A DNA stretch of 64,000 nt from the NCBI GenBank assembly GCA_963797555.1, contig CAWCPV010000009.1, positions 96,001-160,000 of the forward strand. The letters run 5' to 3'. Shown here piece after piece: positions 42,526 to 53,232 of this stretch. Each line of letters starts with the position of its first letter. The first letter of the stretch is position 1. The DNA is from an uncultured Gammaproteobacteria bacterium (GTDB taxonomy: Bacteria; Pseudomonadota; Gammaproteobacteria; CAWCPV01). Below the pieces are notes generated by a model. The model was not told where the DNA came from, did no database searches, and saw nothing but the letters and a program-made list of their open reading frames with translations. The position numbers were made by a program, and so were the translations under genes.

Positions 42526-43396
42526 TGCTCTTCCTGGATGACCTGCAGCAGGTATCTGCCGTAGCCGTTTCCCTGCATGCTGTGGGCCAGGCGCGCGACG
42601 TTCCGTCGTGCTGATGTAGCCCATGCTGTAGGCGATCTCCTCGACGCAGGCCACCTTGAGACCTTGGCGCTCCTCGATGACTTGAATGAAGTGCGAGGCT
42701 TGCAGCAGCGCCTCGTGGGTGCCCGTGTCGAGCCAGGCGATGCCGCGTCCCAGCTTCTCCACGCGGAGCGAGCCTGCCCGCAGGTACGCCAAGTTGACCT
42801 CGGTGATCTCCCAGCTCGCCCCGAGAAGAAGGCCGCAGGTCGGCGGCGATGTCCAGGACGTCGTTGTCGTAAAAATAGAGCCCAGTGACGGCGTATGGCG
42901 AGCGGGGCCGGCTTGGCTTCTCTTCGAGCCCAGTGGCGCGGCCCTCCGCGTCGAGCTCGACCACTCCATAGCGCTGCGGGTCGCGAACCCGGTAGGCGAA
43001 GATGGTGGCGCCGCGGGTGCGGCCCGCCGCTCTGGTCAGCGACTCCGGGAAACCGTGGCCGTAGAAAATGTTGTCGCCGAGGGCCAACGCAACTCCGCCG
43101 CTGCCCACGAACTGTCTGCCGATGACGAAGGCCTGTGCGATGCCCTCGGGGTGGGCCTGGGAAGCATACTCGATCCTCACTCCCAGGTGCCTGCCGTCGC
43201 CGAGCAGGCGCCGGAAACTCTCCTGGTCGTGGGGTGTGGTGATCACCAGGATTTCCCTGATCCCAGCCAACATGAGGGTGGACAGCGGGTAATAAATCAT
43301 GGGCTTGTCATAGACTGGCATGAGCTGTTTGCTCACCCCTAAAGTGAGCGGATACAGCCGCGTGCCTGACCCGCCGGCGAGGAGGATGCCTTTCAT
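42522..43396 (-). pseudogene. rfbA: Glucose-1-phosphate thymidylyltransferase, frameshifts near 42812 and 42600
   Basis: [47 protein letters not shown]. Confidence 0.9.
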
Positions 43397-43467
43397 CGGG
43401 ATGGGTGAGCCGCGAAGCGTGCTCCGTGACTCGCGATTAGCGTGAAAGTGCGCCGAAGGCGCCACAG

Positions 43468-43510
43468 AATCCCCCTCGCCCGCTGGCGGGAGAGGGCTAG
43501 GGGTGAGGGA
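43468..43510. repeat. CCCTCxCCC...GGGAGAGGGCTAGGGGTGAGGG-type palindromic repeat (related copies at ~34075-34185)
   Basis: Sequence similarity between the two intergenic sites. Confidence 0.5.
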
Positions 43511-43566
43511 CCGGTCACGGCGTGCGCGCTTTCATGGTCTGGGGCGGCGAAACTCGCCATGACCGG

Positions 43567-44664
43567 TTAGCGACTGGCGGCCGCGGGAAGGCCGAGCCGC
43601 TGCCGGTCGTAGTGCCCGGCCTGGACGGCCGCGCACCAGCTCAGGTGCTCGAGGTACCAGCGGACGGTCGCTTGCAGCCCTGCCTCGAAGCTGTGGCGGG
43701 GCGCCCAGCCGAGCTGCGAGCGGATCTTGGAGGGATCGATGGCGTAGCGCCGGTCGTGCCCCGGCCGGTTCGGCATGAAAGTCTTCAGTTCCGCATAGGA
43801 GCGCAACCCTTGCCGCACCAGCGTGGGGTTGCGGGCCGCGGGCGCTAGGCGCTCGATGGCGGCGCACAGCTCGTCGATTACCTGGAGGTTGGTGCGCTCG
43901 TTGCGCGCCCCGATGTTGTACTTCTCGCCTGGCACACCCCGCTCCAGCACCAGGAGCAGTGCCTCGCAATGGTCCTCGACGTACAGCCAGTCGCGTATGT
44001 TGCCGCCATCGCCGTAGAGGGGGATGGGTCTGCCGTCGAGCGCGTTCAGCAGGGCCAGGGGGATGAGCTTCTCGGGGAACTGGTGCGGCCCGTAATTGTT
44101 AGAGCAGTTGGTGATGATCGCGGGCAGCCCATACGTGGCGTAGTAGGCACGCACCAGGTGGTCGGCCCCGGCCTTGGAGGCGGAGTATGGGGAGTTGGGG
44201 GCATACGGCGTAGTCTCGGAGAACAGGCCGGTCTCCCCGAGGCTGCCGTAGACCTTGTCGGTGGAGATGTGCAGGAAACGGAACCGCGCACGCTCGGATG
44301 CCTCCAGGGTGTCGTAGTGGCGCCGTGCCGCCTCCAGCAGCACTGCGGTGCCCACGAGGTTGGTGTGCACGAACGGCCAGGGATCGTCGATGGAGCGGTC
44401 GACGTGAGTTTCGGCCGCGAAGTTCACCACTGCGCTCGGCCGGTGGCGCGCCAGCAGGTCGGCGACCAGCTCGTGATCGGCGATGTCCCCCTCGCTGAGC
44501 ACCAGCCGGTCGTCCTCGCGCAGACTGTCCAGGTTCTGCCGATGTCCGGCATAGGTCAGCTTGTCCAGCACGACGACGCTTCCGCCGGTGTGGGTCAGCG
44601 CCGCGCGCACGAAGTTGGCGCCGATGAATCCCGCGCCTCCTGTGACGATGATGCTGTCGCTCAT
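43567..44664 (-). CDS. rfbB: dTDP-glucose 4,6-dehydratase
   Basis: VTGGAGFIG, DKLTYAG, AAETHVDRSI, PYSASKA, NCSNNYGP, RPGHDRRY. Confidence 0.93.
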   Translation of the reverse strand: MSDSIIVTGGAGFIGANFVRAALTHTGGSVVVLDKLTYAGHRQNLDSLREDDRLVLSEGDIADHELVADLLARHRPSAVVNFAAETHVDRSIDDPWPFVHTNLVGTAVLLEAARRHYDTLEASERARFRFLHISTDKVYGSLGETGLFSETTPYAPNSPYSASKAGADHLVRAYYATYGLPAIITNCSNNYGPHQFPEKLIPLALLNALDGRPIPLYGDGGNIRDWLYVEDHCEALLLVLERGVPGEKYNIGARNERTNLQVIDELCAAIERLAPAARNPTLVRQGLRSYAELKTFMPNRPGHDRRYAIDPSKIRSQLGWAPRHSFEAGLQATVRWYLEHLSWCAAVQAGHYDRQRLGLPAAASR

Positions 44665-45359
44665 GGCTCCGATAGCCTCTGTGGCGGACCGTCCAACCGC
44701 ACCGCTTTCCGGCCCCCAAAGGCGCGATTATATACGCAGCGTCGAGGGGGCGACGGCCCTGTATTAAGTTAGCGCTCATACCCCCGGAACCTCTGTCCCG
44801 GAACCTCCGTCAAGAGACCGCGCGCCGACAGGCGCCTGAGCCGCCCGATCCTCGCCTACCGCCTGGCTCGGGGCGGGGTACCCTGCGCGCCCCCCTTGAC
44901 GCGCAACGGAATCTCCTGTAAAAATAGTCGCGTTCGGGGCAAACGCAACGAACATCAGTACGAGACGCGCCCCGGCGACCCGGAAAGCACGGTAACACGA
45001 AGGACAGGTTCGTCCCGCCGTTACGCCCGAGACTCTGAGGGGGCTGCGAGGCACAGGGGGCGGCCAAGGGAGGAAATCATGGCGAGGATGCCGGCCGAGA
45101 AGCCGGTCTCGGCGGCGACCGCCAAGGAGCGGTCCGTCACCACGGTTTACATCCACGGGACCGGGCCGGAGCCGGCCCTCGCGTTCTCGATCGCCAGTGG
45201 GACGGGTCCTGTTCGGGATGGACGCCAAGGTCCTCCGCGGATTCTTCCCCCTGCCGGTCACCGAGTGAATTGCCAACAGCGGCGTCGCCCCACGGTTTTC
45301 AACTCTAACTCTTGAGGATCCAATCTTGAAATCTGCCGGGAAATCTCCCAATGGAGGCC

Positions 45360-46323
45360 GACCGGCCAGGCCATCCAACAGGCGCTCGCCGTTTATAACG
45401 ACCCGACCATTCAGCAGAAAGTGCCGGATGCCCGCTTGCGGGCCAGTCTCGCCATGCTGATCGGCACGCCGGGCGAAGGCACAATTGATACCGTTAAAAG
45501 CAGCGATTTGGTGGATAAAGTGGTGTTTGCCCCAGTGCCCTCCGGTTTAAACGCGGATCCCTATGCGTGGATCTCCGTCAATGATCAACAGACTGCTCTC
45601 ACGATTTCTGTAAACCAGAAATATGAATATGAAGATCCTCGCCTGCTGGCATCTATAGTGCCGCATGAGGGAATTCATATTTCACAGGCCAATCTGGATG
45701 GTTTACTTGATGGGACAAATACAGGCGATCTTCAACCCGATGAAACCATTGCGGAGACGGTTGCCGCAGCCACCTATGCGCAGTTTGTTACCGAAGACCC
45801 GACCCTGGCCGGCCCGAAGCGGGATGCCAAAGGGCAGCCGGTTATCGGAAATAACGGGTTTCCGGTGGCTCAGTCGGAACTGCAGCAACGTCGGAACATG
45901 GCTCTGCTGGCCCTGGTGAACACTCGGGTCAATGGGCAGGTTCGCCTGGAAGATTCCGATAGCGGCAATGTGTTCCCCAACGCTGTGACGCCGTTGAGTT
46001 CATTTACGGACCTGTTTAGAGATCTCCCTCCCATCGATCAGGATGGCGGCCCGGCCATGCAAGCCGCCGTGGACAAGCTGGTTGGCTACCACGTGCCCAA
46101 CCCCCGTGCGGACCAGGCCACCGTGGATGTATTGGATAAGAACATCCACAACTACTTTCCACCCCAGGAGTGGGTTGGCATTATGCAAGCCCTGCAATTG
46201 GATGTGTGGCCATACACTCAGGACGGAATGAATGACCATGGCCCTAAGAATGATCCCCGTAATGGCCATGGCAATAAGAATAAAGGTCCTTTGGGGTCTT
46301 CAACTTTAAATCAATTTGCTTAA
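45360..46323 (+). CDS. Hypothetical protein with HExxH motif, probably 5'-truncated, lower GC
   Basis: Frame stays open upstream of the 45421 GTG to a stop at 45313; LLASIVPHEGIH with downstream E (DETIAE). Confidence 0.55.
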
Positions 46324-46361
46324 AGCCCTTCAAAGGTTTCAGCATCCGAAAACTCCCAACC

Positions 46362-47150
<789 letters not shown>

Positions 47151-47199
47151 TCATGCTCCAGGAACATCGTCGCTGCAGGATCACGCCGGAGATCGCCCA

Positions 47200-48066
47200 G
47201 TGAGCCGTCGTGTCAGTCGCCTGGCCCCGGTGCTGCTAGCCCTCGGTCTGGTGACGCTTTTCCCAGGTCCGCCCCGGGGTCTGGCGTGGGAGCGCATGGA
47301 TCCCCAGACTCTGGGCGCGATGTCCGACGGCGCGGTGCTCGAGTGGGCGTTGCGCCAGGTGGGACCCCATCTCGGTGTCATGGCCGCCGCGGCTGAACGG
47401 CACCGGCTGCCGCCGCGGCTGCTGGCGACCTGCATATTGAACGAGCTTGCCGACTACGGTCTGGAGGACCAGCTACAGGAGCTGTTCTTCAATACCGGTT
47501 CCGTGGGCATGGCCCAGATGCAGGTGCCGCGTGCCATCGAGTACCACCGTGTGGACATCGGGCCCCACGAGCTGGACGCATGCGTGACCGGCGCGCTGGC
47601 GCGCGAGCCGGCGCGTGCCGGTTCCGGACAGGCCAAAGAGTTCTGTCAGCGTTACCTGACCTGGCAGCGGCTCAACGAGCCGGGTCCCGCCATCGAGGCT
47701 GCCGCCCGGGAACTGGACTGGATATTGGACGCCATGAATGCCAACCTGAGCCGACCCTGGCAGCAGCAGTTCCTGACCGGTCCCATCGACCGTGCTCAGC
47801 CCTACGCGCAGGTGCGGCCAGCGCCCGACGCGGCGTCCGGCGATGCCGCCTGGGCACGGGAGGAAGGGCTCGCGGTCGCCGTATGCACTGCCTACAACGC
47901 CCCCAGCATCCTGAAGGCTCGCGCGGTGGGGGATGGACAGGGGCGGGAAGCGGCGGCGGGGAATGCTTTTCTCAGCGCGCGCCGCCATGGGCGGAGGGCC
48001 GCACGCCTGGCGGGCCTGCTGGCGCGGGCGCGGGTGCTCGCCTCGGCGTCGACCCGCGCGCCCTGA
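47200..48066 (+). CDS. Exported lysozyme-fold / lytic transglycosylase-like protein
   Basis: Signal peptide; AAAERHRLPPRLLATCILNE, SVGMAQM, AIEAAAREL, AYNA in SLT motif order. Confidence 0.55.
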   Translation: MSRRVSRLAPVLLALGLVTLFPGPPRGLAWERMDPQTLGAMSDGAVLEWALRQVGPHLGVMAAAAERHRLPPRLLATCILNELADYGLEDQLQELFFNTGSVGMAQMQVPRAIEYHRVDIGPHELDACVTGALAREPARAGSGQAKEFCQRYLTWQRLNEPGPAIEAAARELDWILDAMNANLSRPWQQQFLTGPIDRAQPYAQVRPAPDAASGDAAWAREEGLAVAVCTAYNAPSILKARAVGDGQGREAAAGNAFLSARRHGRRAARLAGLLARARVLASASTRAP

Positions 48067-48226
48067 CCGGCGCACGAGATCCCGGCTCAGAAAGCTGCCG
48101 GAGCGCGGCGCGAGCGATGGTATCATTATTTTCCACGCACCGTGGCGGCCGCGGTTGCTCCTACCGATACAGATTTCCGTATGCGGCCGCGCGCGGAGTG
48201 CCGCGCCTCGCGGCAGGCTGACCTCC

Positions 48227-49153
48227 ATGCTGTATGCCCAGAACGTCCTGCGTGGCGCCCTCTTGATCGTGGCCTCGGAGCTGATGTTCACCTCCATGGG
48301 CGCCGCCGTGAAAATGGCAGCGGCGCAGTTGCCGAACGAGGTGGTGGTGTTTTTCCGCAACTTCTTCGGCCTGCTGGCATTGCTCCCCTGGCTGTTGCGC
48401 ACGGGCGCGGGAGGCCTGAGGACCGATGCACTGGGGCTGCATCTGCTGCGTTCCCTGGTCGGCCTGGCGGCCATGTACTGCTTCTTTTATTCCATCGGCC
48501 GCCTGCCGTTGGCCGCGGCGGTGCTGGTGGCACTGATGGCACCCTTCTTAATCCCGATCATCGCGGCGGTGTGGCTGGCCGAGGGCGTGCCGATGCAGAC
48601 GCGCTGGGCGATCCCGGTGGGCTTCCTCGGGGTGGTATTGGTGCTCAAGCCGGGGCCTGGCATCTTGGCGCCGGCAGCCCTGGTCGGGCTTGCGGGCGCG
48701 GGGTTCGCCGCTCTCGCCAAGGTGGCTATCCGGCGCATGGCGCGGAGCGAGCCGACGATTCGCATCGTTTTCTATTTCTCCGTGGTCGCGACTGTAGCCT
48801 CGGCGGTGCCCCTCGCTTGGAGCTGGCGGACGCCGACGCCGGAGCTTTGGGCCGTGCTGGCCACGAGCGGTTTATTCGCCACCGCCGGCCAACTGCTGCT
48901 CACTCGAGCCTATGCCTTGGCCCCAGCCGCCCGCATCGGGCCGGTCACCTATGTGGCTGTCGTGTTTTCGTCGCTGTACGGGTGGGTGATCTGGGGCGAC
49001 ACGCTGGGTGCGCTCGGGCTGGTCGGGGCAGTGCTCATCTGCAGTGCCGGCATACTGACGAGCACCCCACGTCGGGGTGTGCGGGCCGCGGGGCCGACTG
49101 TCGAGGCCCCAGGCGTGGCGCACCCCCTGGTGCGGGACGCCACCGCGGAGTGA
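48227..49153 (+). CDS. DMT/EamA family transporter
   Basis: About 10 TM helices; VVFFRNFFG, HLLRSLVG, AYALAPAARIGPVTY. Confidence 0.9.
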   Translation: MLYAQNVLRGALLIVASELMFTSMGAAVKMAAAQLPNEVVVFFRNFFGLLALLPWLLRTGAGGLRTDALGLHLLRSLVGLAAMYCFFYSIGRLPLAAAVLVALMAPFLIPIIAAVWLAEGVPMQTRWAIPVGFLGVVLVLKPGPGILAPAALVGLAGAGFAALAKVAIRRMARSEPTIRIVFYFSVVATVASAVPLAWSWRTPTPELWAVLATSGLFATAGQLLLTRAYALAPAARIGPVTYVAVVFSSLYGWVIWGDTLGALGLVGAVLICSAGILTSTPRRGVRAAGPTVEAPGVAHPLVRDATAE

Positions 49154-49249
49154 TTTCGTCGTGGCCGAGCCCCGGCTTTGCCGAGGGTTCCGCGAGGCTT
49201 GGCCTTCAGCGGGGTCGGAGGTTGGCCCGGTCAGCCCGGCAGCCACTTA

Positions 49250-50351
49250 CTAAGTCCATTTTAAGTAAAGCCATATGTTGGTACAATGGGGGCATGAAAT
49301 GCAAGCGCGAATCGGACGGGCGCAAGCTCGATCATAGGAGCCTGCAGGTGCTGCGCCAGCAAGCCGTGAAAGCGGTGCGTCACGGACAGACGGTACAGAG
49401 CGTAGCGCAGGCCTTCGGGTTGAACATTCGCACCGTGTTTCGCTGGCTCTCGGCATTTGCCTCGGGGGGACAGAACGCGCTGTTGGCCAAGCCGATCCCG
49501 GGCCGCCCGCCGCTGCTTGGCGCCGAGGAGATGCGCTGGCTGGCGGGGGCGGTGCGCGAGCACACGCCGCAGCAGTTCCGATTCGAGTTTGCGCTGTGGA
49601 CCCTGCCGCTCATCGGCAGGTTGATCGAGCGGCGGTTCAACAAGCGCCTTTCGGACTCCGCCGTCAGGCGGGTGATGCGGGTGCTGGGATTCACTGCCCA
49701 GAAGCCGCTCTACCGTGCCTGGCAGCGCGATCCGGTGCTGGTCGAGCGCTGGCAGAAAGAGCAATTTCCCGCCATCCAGGCCGAGGCCAAGCGCGTGGGG
49801 GCGACCATCTACTTTGGGGATGAGTCGGGGATGCGCTCCGACTACCACGCCGGCACCACTTGGGCGCCGATGGGCAAGACCCCGGTGGTCGCGGTGACCG
49901 GGGCGCGGTTCTCGCTCGCCATGCTCTCGGCGGTGAGCGCCCGCGGGGGCTTGCGCTTCATGGTGCACGAGGGGACGGTGACCGCCGCGGTGTTCAAGGA
50001 ATTCCTCAAGCGCCTGCTGGTGGGCGCCACCCGGCCGGTCTTCCTCATCGTCGATGGCCATCCCATCCACAAGGCACGATTGATCCAGGACTTCATCGGC
50101 GAACAGAACGGGCGCCTTAAGCTGTTCTTCCTCCCCCCGTACTCGCCCCAACTCAATCCCGACGAACAGGTTTGGGGGCATGTGAAAGCCCGCGTCGCCA
50201 AGCGCCGGGTGGAAAGCAAAGAGGATCTCAAGAGCAAACTCCTCGGTGCTTTGCGCCGGCTCCAGAAGCTGCCAGAAATCGTCAAAGGCTTTTTCATGCA
50301 TCCGCATTGCTGCTACGCTGTCTGATATGGCCTTACTTAAGAAAGGATTAG
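49250..50351 (+). mobile_element. IS630-family insertion sequence, copy 3 (1102 bp)
   Basis: Reverse complement of copies 1 and 2; TA duplication at TTAA. Confidence 0.95.
49294..50325 (+). CDS. IS630 transposase
   Basis: Same 343-aa protein. Confidence 0.95.
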   Translation: MKCKRESDGRKLDHRSLQVLRQQAVKAVRHGQTVQSVAQAFGLNIRTVFRWLSAFASGGQNALLAKPIPGRPPLLGAEEMRWLAGAVREHTPQQFRFEFALWTLPLIGRLIERRFNKRLSDSAVRRVMRVLGFTAQKPLYRAWQRDPVLVERWQKEQFPAIQAEAKRVGATIYFGDESGMRSDYHAGTTWAPMGKTPVVAVTGARFSLAMLSAVSARGGLRFMVHEGTVTAAVFKEFLKRLLVGATRPVFLIVDGHPIHKARLIQDFIGEQNGRLKLFFLPPYSPQLNPDEQVWGHVKARVAKRRVESKEDLKSKLLGALRRLQKLPEIVKGFFMHPHCCYAV

Positions 50352-50522
50352 TAACTTTCCCTTGCGCGGCCAGGGGCGGTGCAGGAAGGGGTTCGACGAC
50401 CCGCCGCCTTGAGCGGTTGACGGTTTCACGGCTCCGTCGAGGCGCTCACCCCATTTCGCACCCGGCTGCGCCGGGTCATTCGACTCGCGGGAATGCCCGT
50501 GACGGCCGGTCTCGCCGGGTCA

Positions 50523-51224
50523 TCAGCCGGAGTGTCCGGTCCTCTTGCCGGTGGCCAGCGGCACGCTGACGCTGCCGGCACTCCTCCCAATCCTCCGGCG
50601 GTCTATGACGAACAGCCGATTGCCGTTGATCATGGCCGAAATGTCACACCCCGTTCCCTTCCAATCCTGCAGCAGGACGCCGGCCAGGTGGAGCAGCGTG
50701 AAGGCCAGCACAGTCGCGTCCCCGACCCGATGGAGCCCGAGCCAGAGGTCCTGCGGCCAGGGCAGCAGGTCCCGCATGGCGAGCGCGAGGTTCGGGGCCG
50801 CCAACAGAAAGCCGCTTATCACCTGGAGCGTCAAGACGAGGAACAGGCCCAGGTAGACCGGTCCCCAGAGCGGGTTATGCGCGTAGTAGGCGGGAAGGGG
50901 AGAGCGCCCTCCGGTCAGGTAGAACATCATGACATCGCGGCCCGCACGCCACTGAGGTCCGCGGGGGATGAGATCACGCCAGTGCTCCGCACCCGACCCG
51001 AAGAACAGCAGATAGAAGCGCAGCAGCAGCGCTCCCGCGAGCCCATAGCCCGCTATACGGTGGATCGCGAGCGTCCGTTCGCCGGTCTGGACGATGTGAC
51101 CGGCGAGGATCCAGCCTGTGGCGAGGAGGCAAAGCACGGATACCGCCATCGCAGCGTGGGCAAGCCTCGAGGCTCCGCTCCAGACCTTCACGCGCTGGAT
51201 CTCCTGCTGGCCGCCCGGGTTCAT
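50523..51224 (-). CDS. Cytochrome b/b6-domain protein (hydrogenase b-type cytochrome-like)
   Basis: RVKVWSGASRLAH, IHRIAG, AHNPL, LHRVG...LHLAG heme-ligand His pattern; ISAMING. Confidence 0.85.
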   Translation of the reverse strand: MNPGGQQEIQRVKVWSGASRLAHAAMAVSVLCLLATGWILAGHIVQTGERTLAIHRIAGYGLAGALLLRFYLLFFGSGAEHWRDLIPRGPQWRAGRDVMMFYLTGGRSPLPAYYAHNPLWGPVYLGLFLVLTLQVISGFLLAAPNLALAMRDLLPWPQDLWLGLHRVGDATVLAFTLLHLAGVLLQDWKGTGCDISAMINGNRLFVIDRRRIGRSAGSVSVPLATGKRTGHSG

Positions 51225-51316
51225 GGCAATCCTCCATGGGAGATGTGGACCGTGATAATAAGCAGGTCCCCGGACCAGAGACAACAGGCCAAGACAGGTG
51301 CACTCGGGTCCTAATG

Positions 51317-51359
51317 TTGACTTTTTCACTCGGGTATATATATTAGTAGAAGGTAATAT
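51317..51359 (+). promoter_or_regulatory. Sigma70-like promoter overlapped by a palindromic operator
   Basis: TTGACT-N16-TATATT; ATATTA-N8-TAATAT at 51340-51359; AGGAGG RBS downstream. Confidence 0.6.
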
Positions 51360-51385
51360 GCGTTAACTGCTAGGAGGATTCCAGC

Positions 51386-51841
51386 ATGTCAGGACTGATT
51401 GCAGGCTTTCCCTTGGACGGCGTGGTCACCGTCAACCGAGTGATCCTCAGGCCGGGCTACACGGTGGATGACCTCCAGGACCGGGTGGCGCTGCTGTGCG
51501 AGAACGTGAAAACCTACCACTCCGACACCGGGTTCATCGGCGGCTTCGTGGCACTCAACCGCGGGGATATCTCGAATGAGGGCAGCACCGTCGGTCAGGC
51601 GGTGTCGAGCCCCCTGAAAGACCGCGAGGCCCTCATCGTCACCTTCTGGCGGTCCTTCGAGGACCACGAGCGATCGCATCGCAGCGACACCTTCCAACCG
51701 CTGTTCCAGCAGGTCCTCGAGCTTTGCGAGAACGGCAACGAGGAGATTGCTTACAGCATGCTCTGGTCGGGCGAGGCGTACTCCGCGGCTGAGGCGGACG
51801 CCGCCCGGCGCGCCAAGGAGCGCTTCTCAGCCGCGGCTTAG
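51386..51841 (+). CDS. Dimeric alpha/beta-barrel protein, sulfur oxygenase reductase-like single domain
   Basis: GFIGG...G.ISNEGS...IVTFWRSFEDHERSH...F...ELC pattern, recalled from SOR-related small proteins of sulfur oxidisers. Confidence 0.55.
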   Translation: MSGLIAGFPLDGVVTVNRVILRPGYTVDDLQDRVALLCENVKTYHSDTGFIGGFVALNRGDISNEGSTVGQAVSSPLKDREALIVTFWRSFEDHERSHRSDTFQPLFQQVLELCENGNEEIAYSMLWSGEAYSAAEADAARRAKERFSAAA

Positions 51842-51925
51842 AGGGTTCGGGGAGGGCGGTCTATGGCGCGGCGCGCACCCCCCGGCCTTCCCCATTCTGC
51901 AAACAGGCCTGAAACCCGCACCTGA

Positions 51926-52474
51926 GAGCTTGTGAATAAATCTGCTGCGCGTCCCGATAGCGGCGTTGCGCGGTGGTCATGGCGCACCTCCCTGTACGCC
52001 ACCCCTGTCGGGGCGTCTCGGGGACGTGCCGAATGGCTGTCCTGCCATTCGGTCGCTCCTCGCCTATCTACTTGATTGTCACCCCATGGGAGGGTTCAAA
52101 CCCCCAGCTTGAGCTGGAAGCTTTGAGCCTGCCCTTGTAGCTTAGGGGGGATGAGCGATTATAGGCGAGGGACGCACTCGGTTTTTCGGCTGCACGTGCA
52201 CTTGGTGTAGTGTACCAAGTACCACAAGGGGGTGTTGCGCGGCGACGTTGGGCAGAGGACCGAAGATCGGTTTCAGGTCGTTGAGGGGGGCGACTTGGAG
52301 TCGCAATGAACCGCCTTGGGGCGGGTGGCTTGCAGCCGGCTTCAGCCGGAACCGGCACTTACAGTGCCCAACTCAAGCCACCGGCTTATAGCCGGTGGTG
52401 ACATTGACATGTCTCGTCGCTGCGCTCCGTGAGCCTTGCTCTCGGGCCGCTCGCGACGATTTCTTCACAAGCTC
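51926..52474 (+). mobile_element. IS5-like MITE with two nested insertions
   Basis: TIR GAGCTTGTGAATAAATC / GATTTCTTCACAAGCTC, TGA on both flanks. Confidence 0.8.
52077..52408 (+). mobile_element. Non-autonomous IS200/IS605 derivative
   Basis: Inserted 3' of TTGAT without duplication; relic tnpA MSDYRRGTHSVF.LHVHLV.CTKY; terminal hairpin CCACCGGCT-TAT-AGCCGGTGG then TTGAC. Confidence 0.8.
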
Positions 52475-52648
52475 TGAGTGGGAGCCTCCCGCAGCTCCCG
52501 CCGGGCGTCCCCCTTGCGACCGCGGCGCCGCGCCGGGAAGATGGCCGGTGTGGGCAGCCGTCGACGGTCATGAGGGTCTTTGCCACCCTAGAACATGACG
52601 ACGGTTGCTCACCCGTCGCTGCACTGTGACCGTCACGAGAACTACACC

Positions 52649-53215
52649 ATGGCGCGGCGTCTGTCCCACGTCGTCGGGTTCGACGACGGGCCGTTCGCTC
52701 CGACGCACCGAGGCGACGTCCTAGTCGTAGGTACCGTCTATGCCGGCCTGCGCCTGGACGGGATCCTCAGCGCCCGGGTACGCCGGGACGGCGCCAACGC
52801 GACGCGCACGCTGGTAAGCTTGGTGTCCGGGTCGCGCTTCGCTTCGCACCTCCAGCTCGTCGTGCTCCAAGGGATCGCTCTGGCCGGCTTCAACGTAGTC
52901 GACCTGCACGGGATGCACTGCGCCCTCGGGCTGCCGGTGCTGGTGGTGGCGCGCCGGGCTCCCGATCTGGAGTCCATACGCCGCGCGCTGTTGACCCGGA
53001 TTCGGGGCGGCGCGCGTAAGTGGTCGCTGATCGAGCGCGCCGGGCCCATGGAGCGGGCGGGTCGGGTATTCGTCCAGCGGGCGGGGTTGACGCTGGACGA
53101 GGCGCGCGCGGTGGTCGACGGCCTGGCCGTCCACAGCGCGCTCCCCGAGCCGTTGCGGGCGGCCCACCTGATCGCGGCGGGATTGGTCCTGGGAGAAAGC
53201 CGGGGTCGGCCCTGA
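52649..53215 (+). CDS. DUF99 family (endonuclease V-like) protein
   Basis: HVVGFDDGPF, VRRDGANAT, QGIALAGFNVVD, PEPLRAAHLIAAG. Confidence 0.88.
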   Translation: MARRLSHVVGFDDGPFAPTHRGDVLVVGTVYAGLRLDGILSARVRRDGANATRTLVSLVSGSRFASHLQLVVLQGIALAGFNVVDLHGMHCALGLPVLVVARRAPDLESIRRALLTRIRGGARKWSLIERAGPMERAGRVFVQRAGLTLDEARAVVDGLAVHSALPEPLRAAHLIAAGLVLGESRGRP

Positions 53216-53232
53216 GGGATTTGCCGGGAAGG

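Noticed and set aside
45300-45312. AACTCTAAC as a possible integron attC/attI core
   Set aside because: No matching inverse core, cassette structure or integrase.
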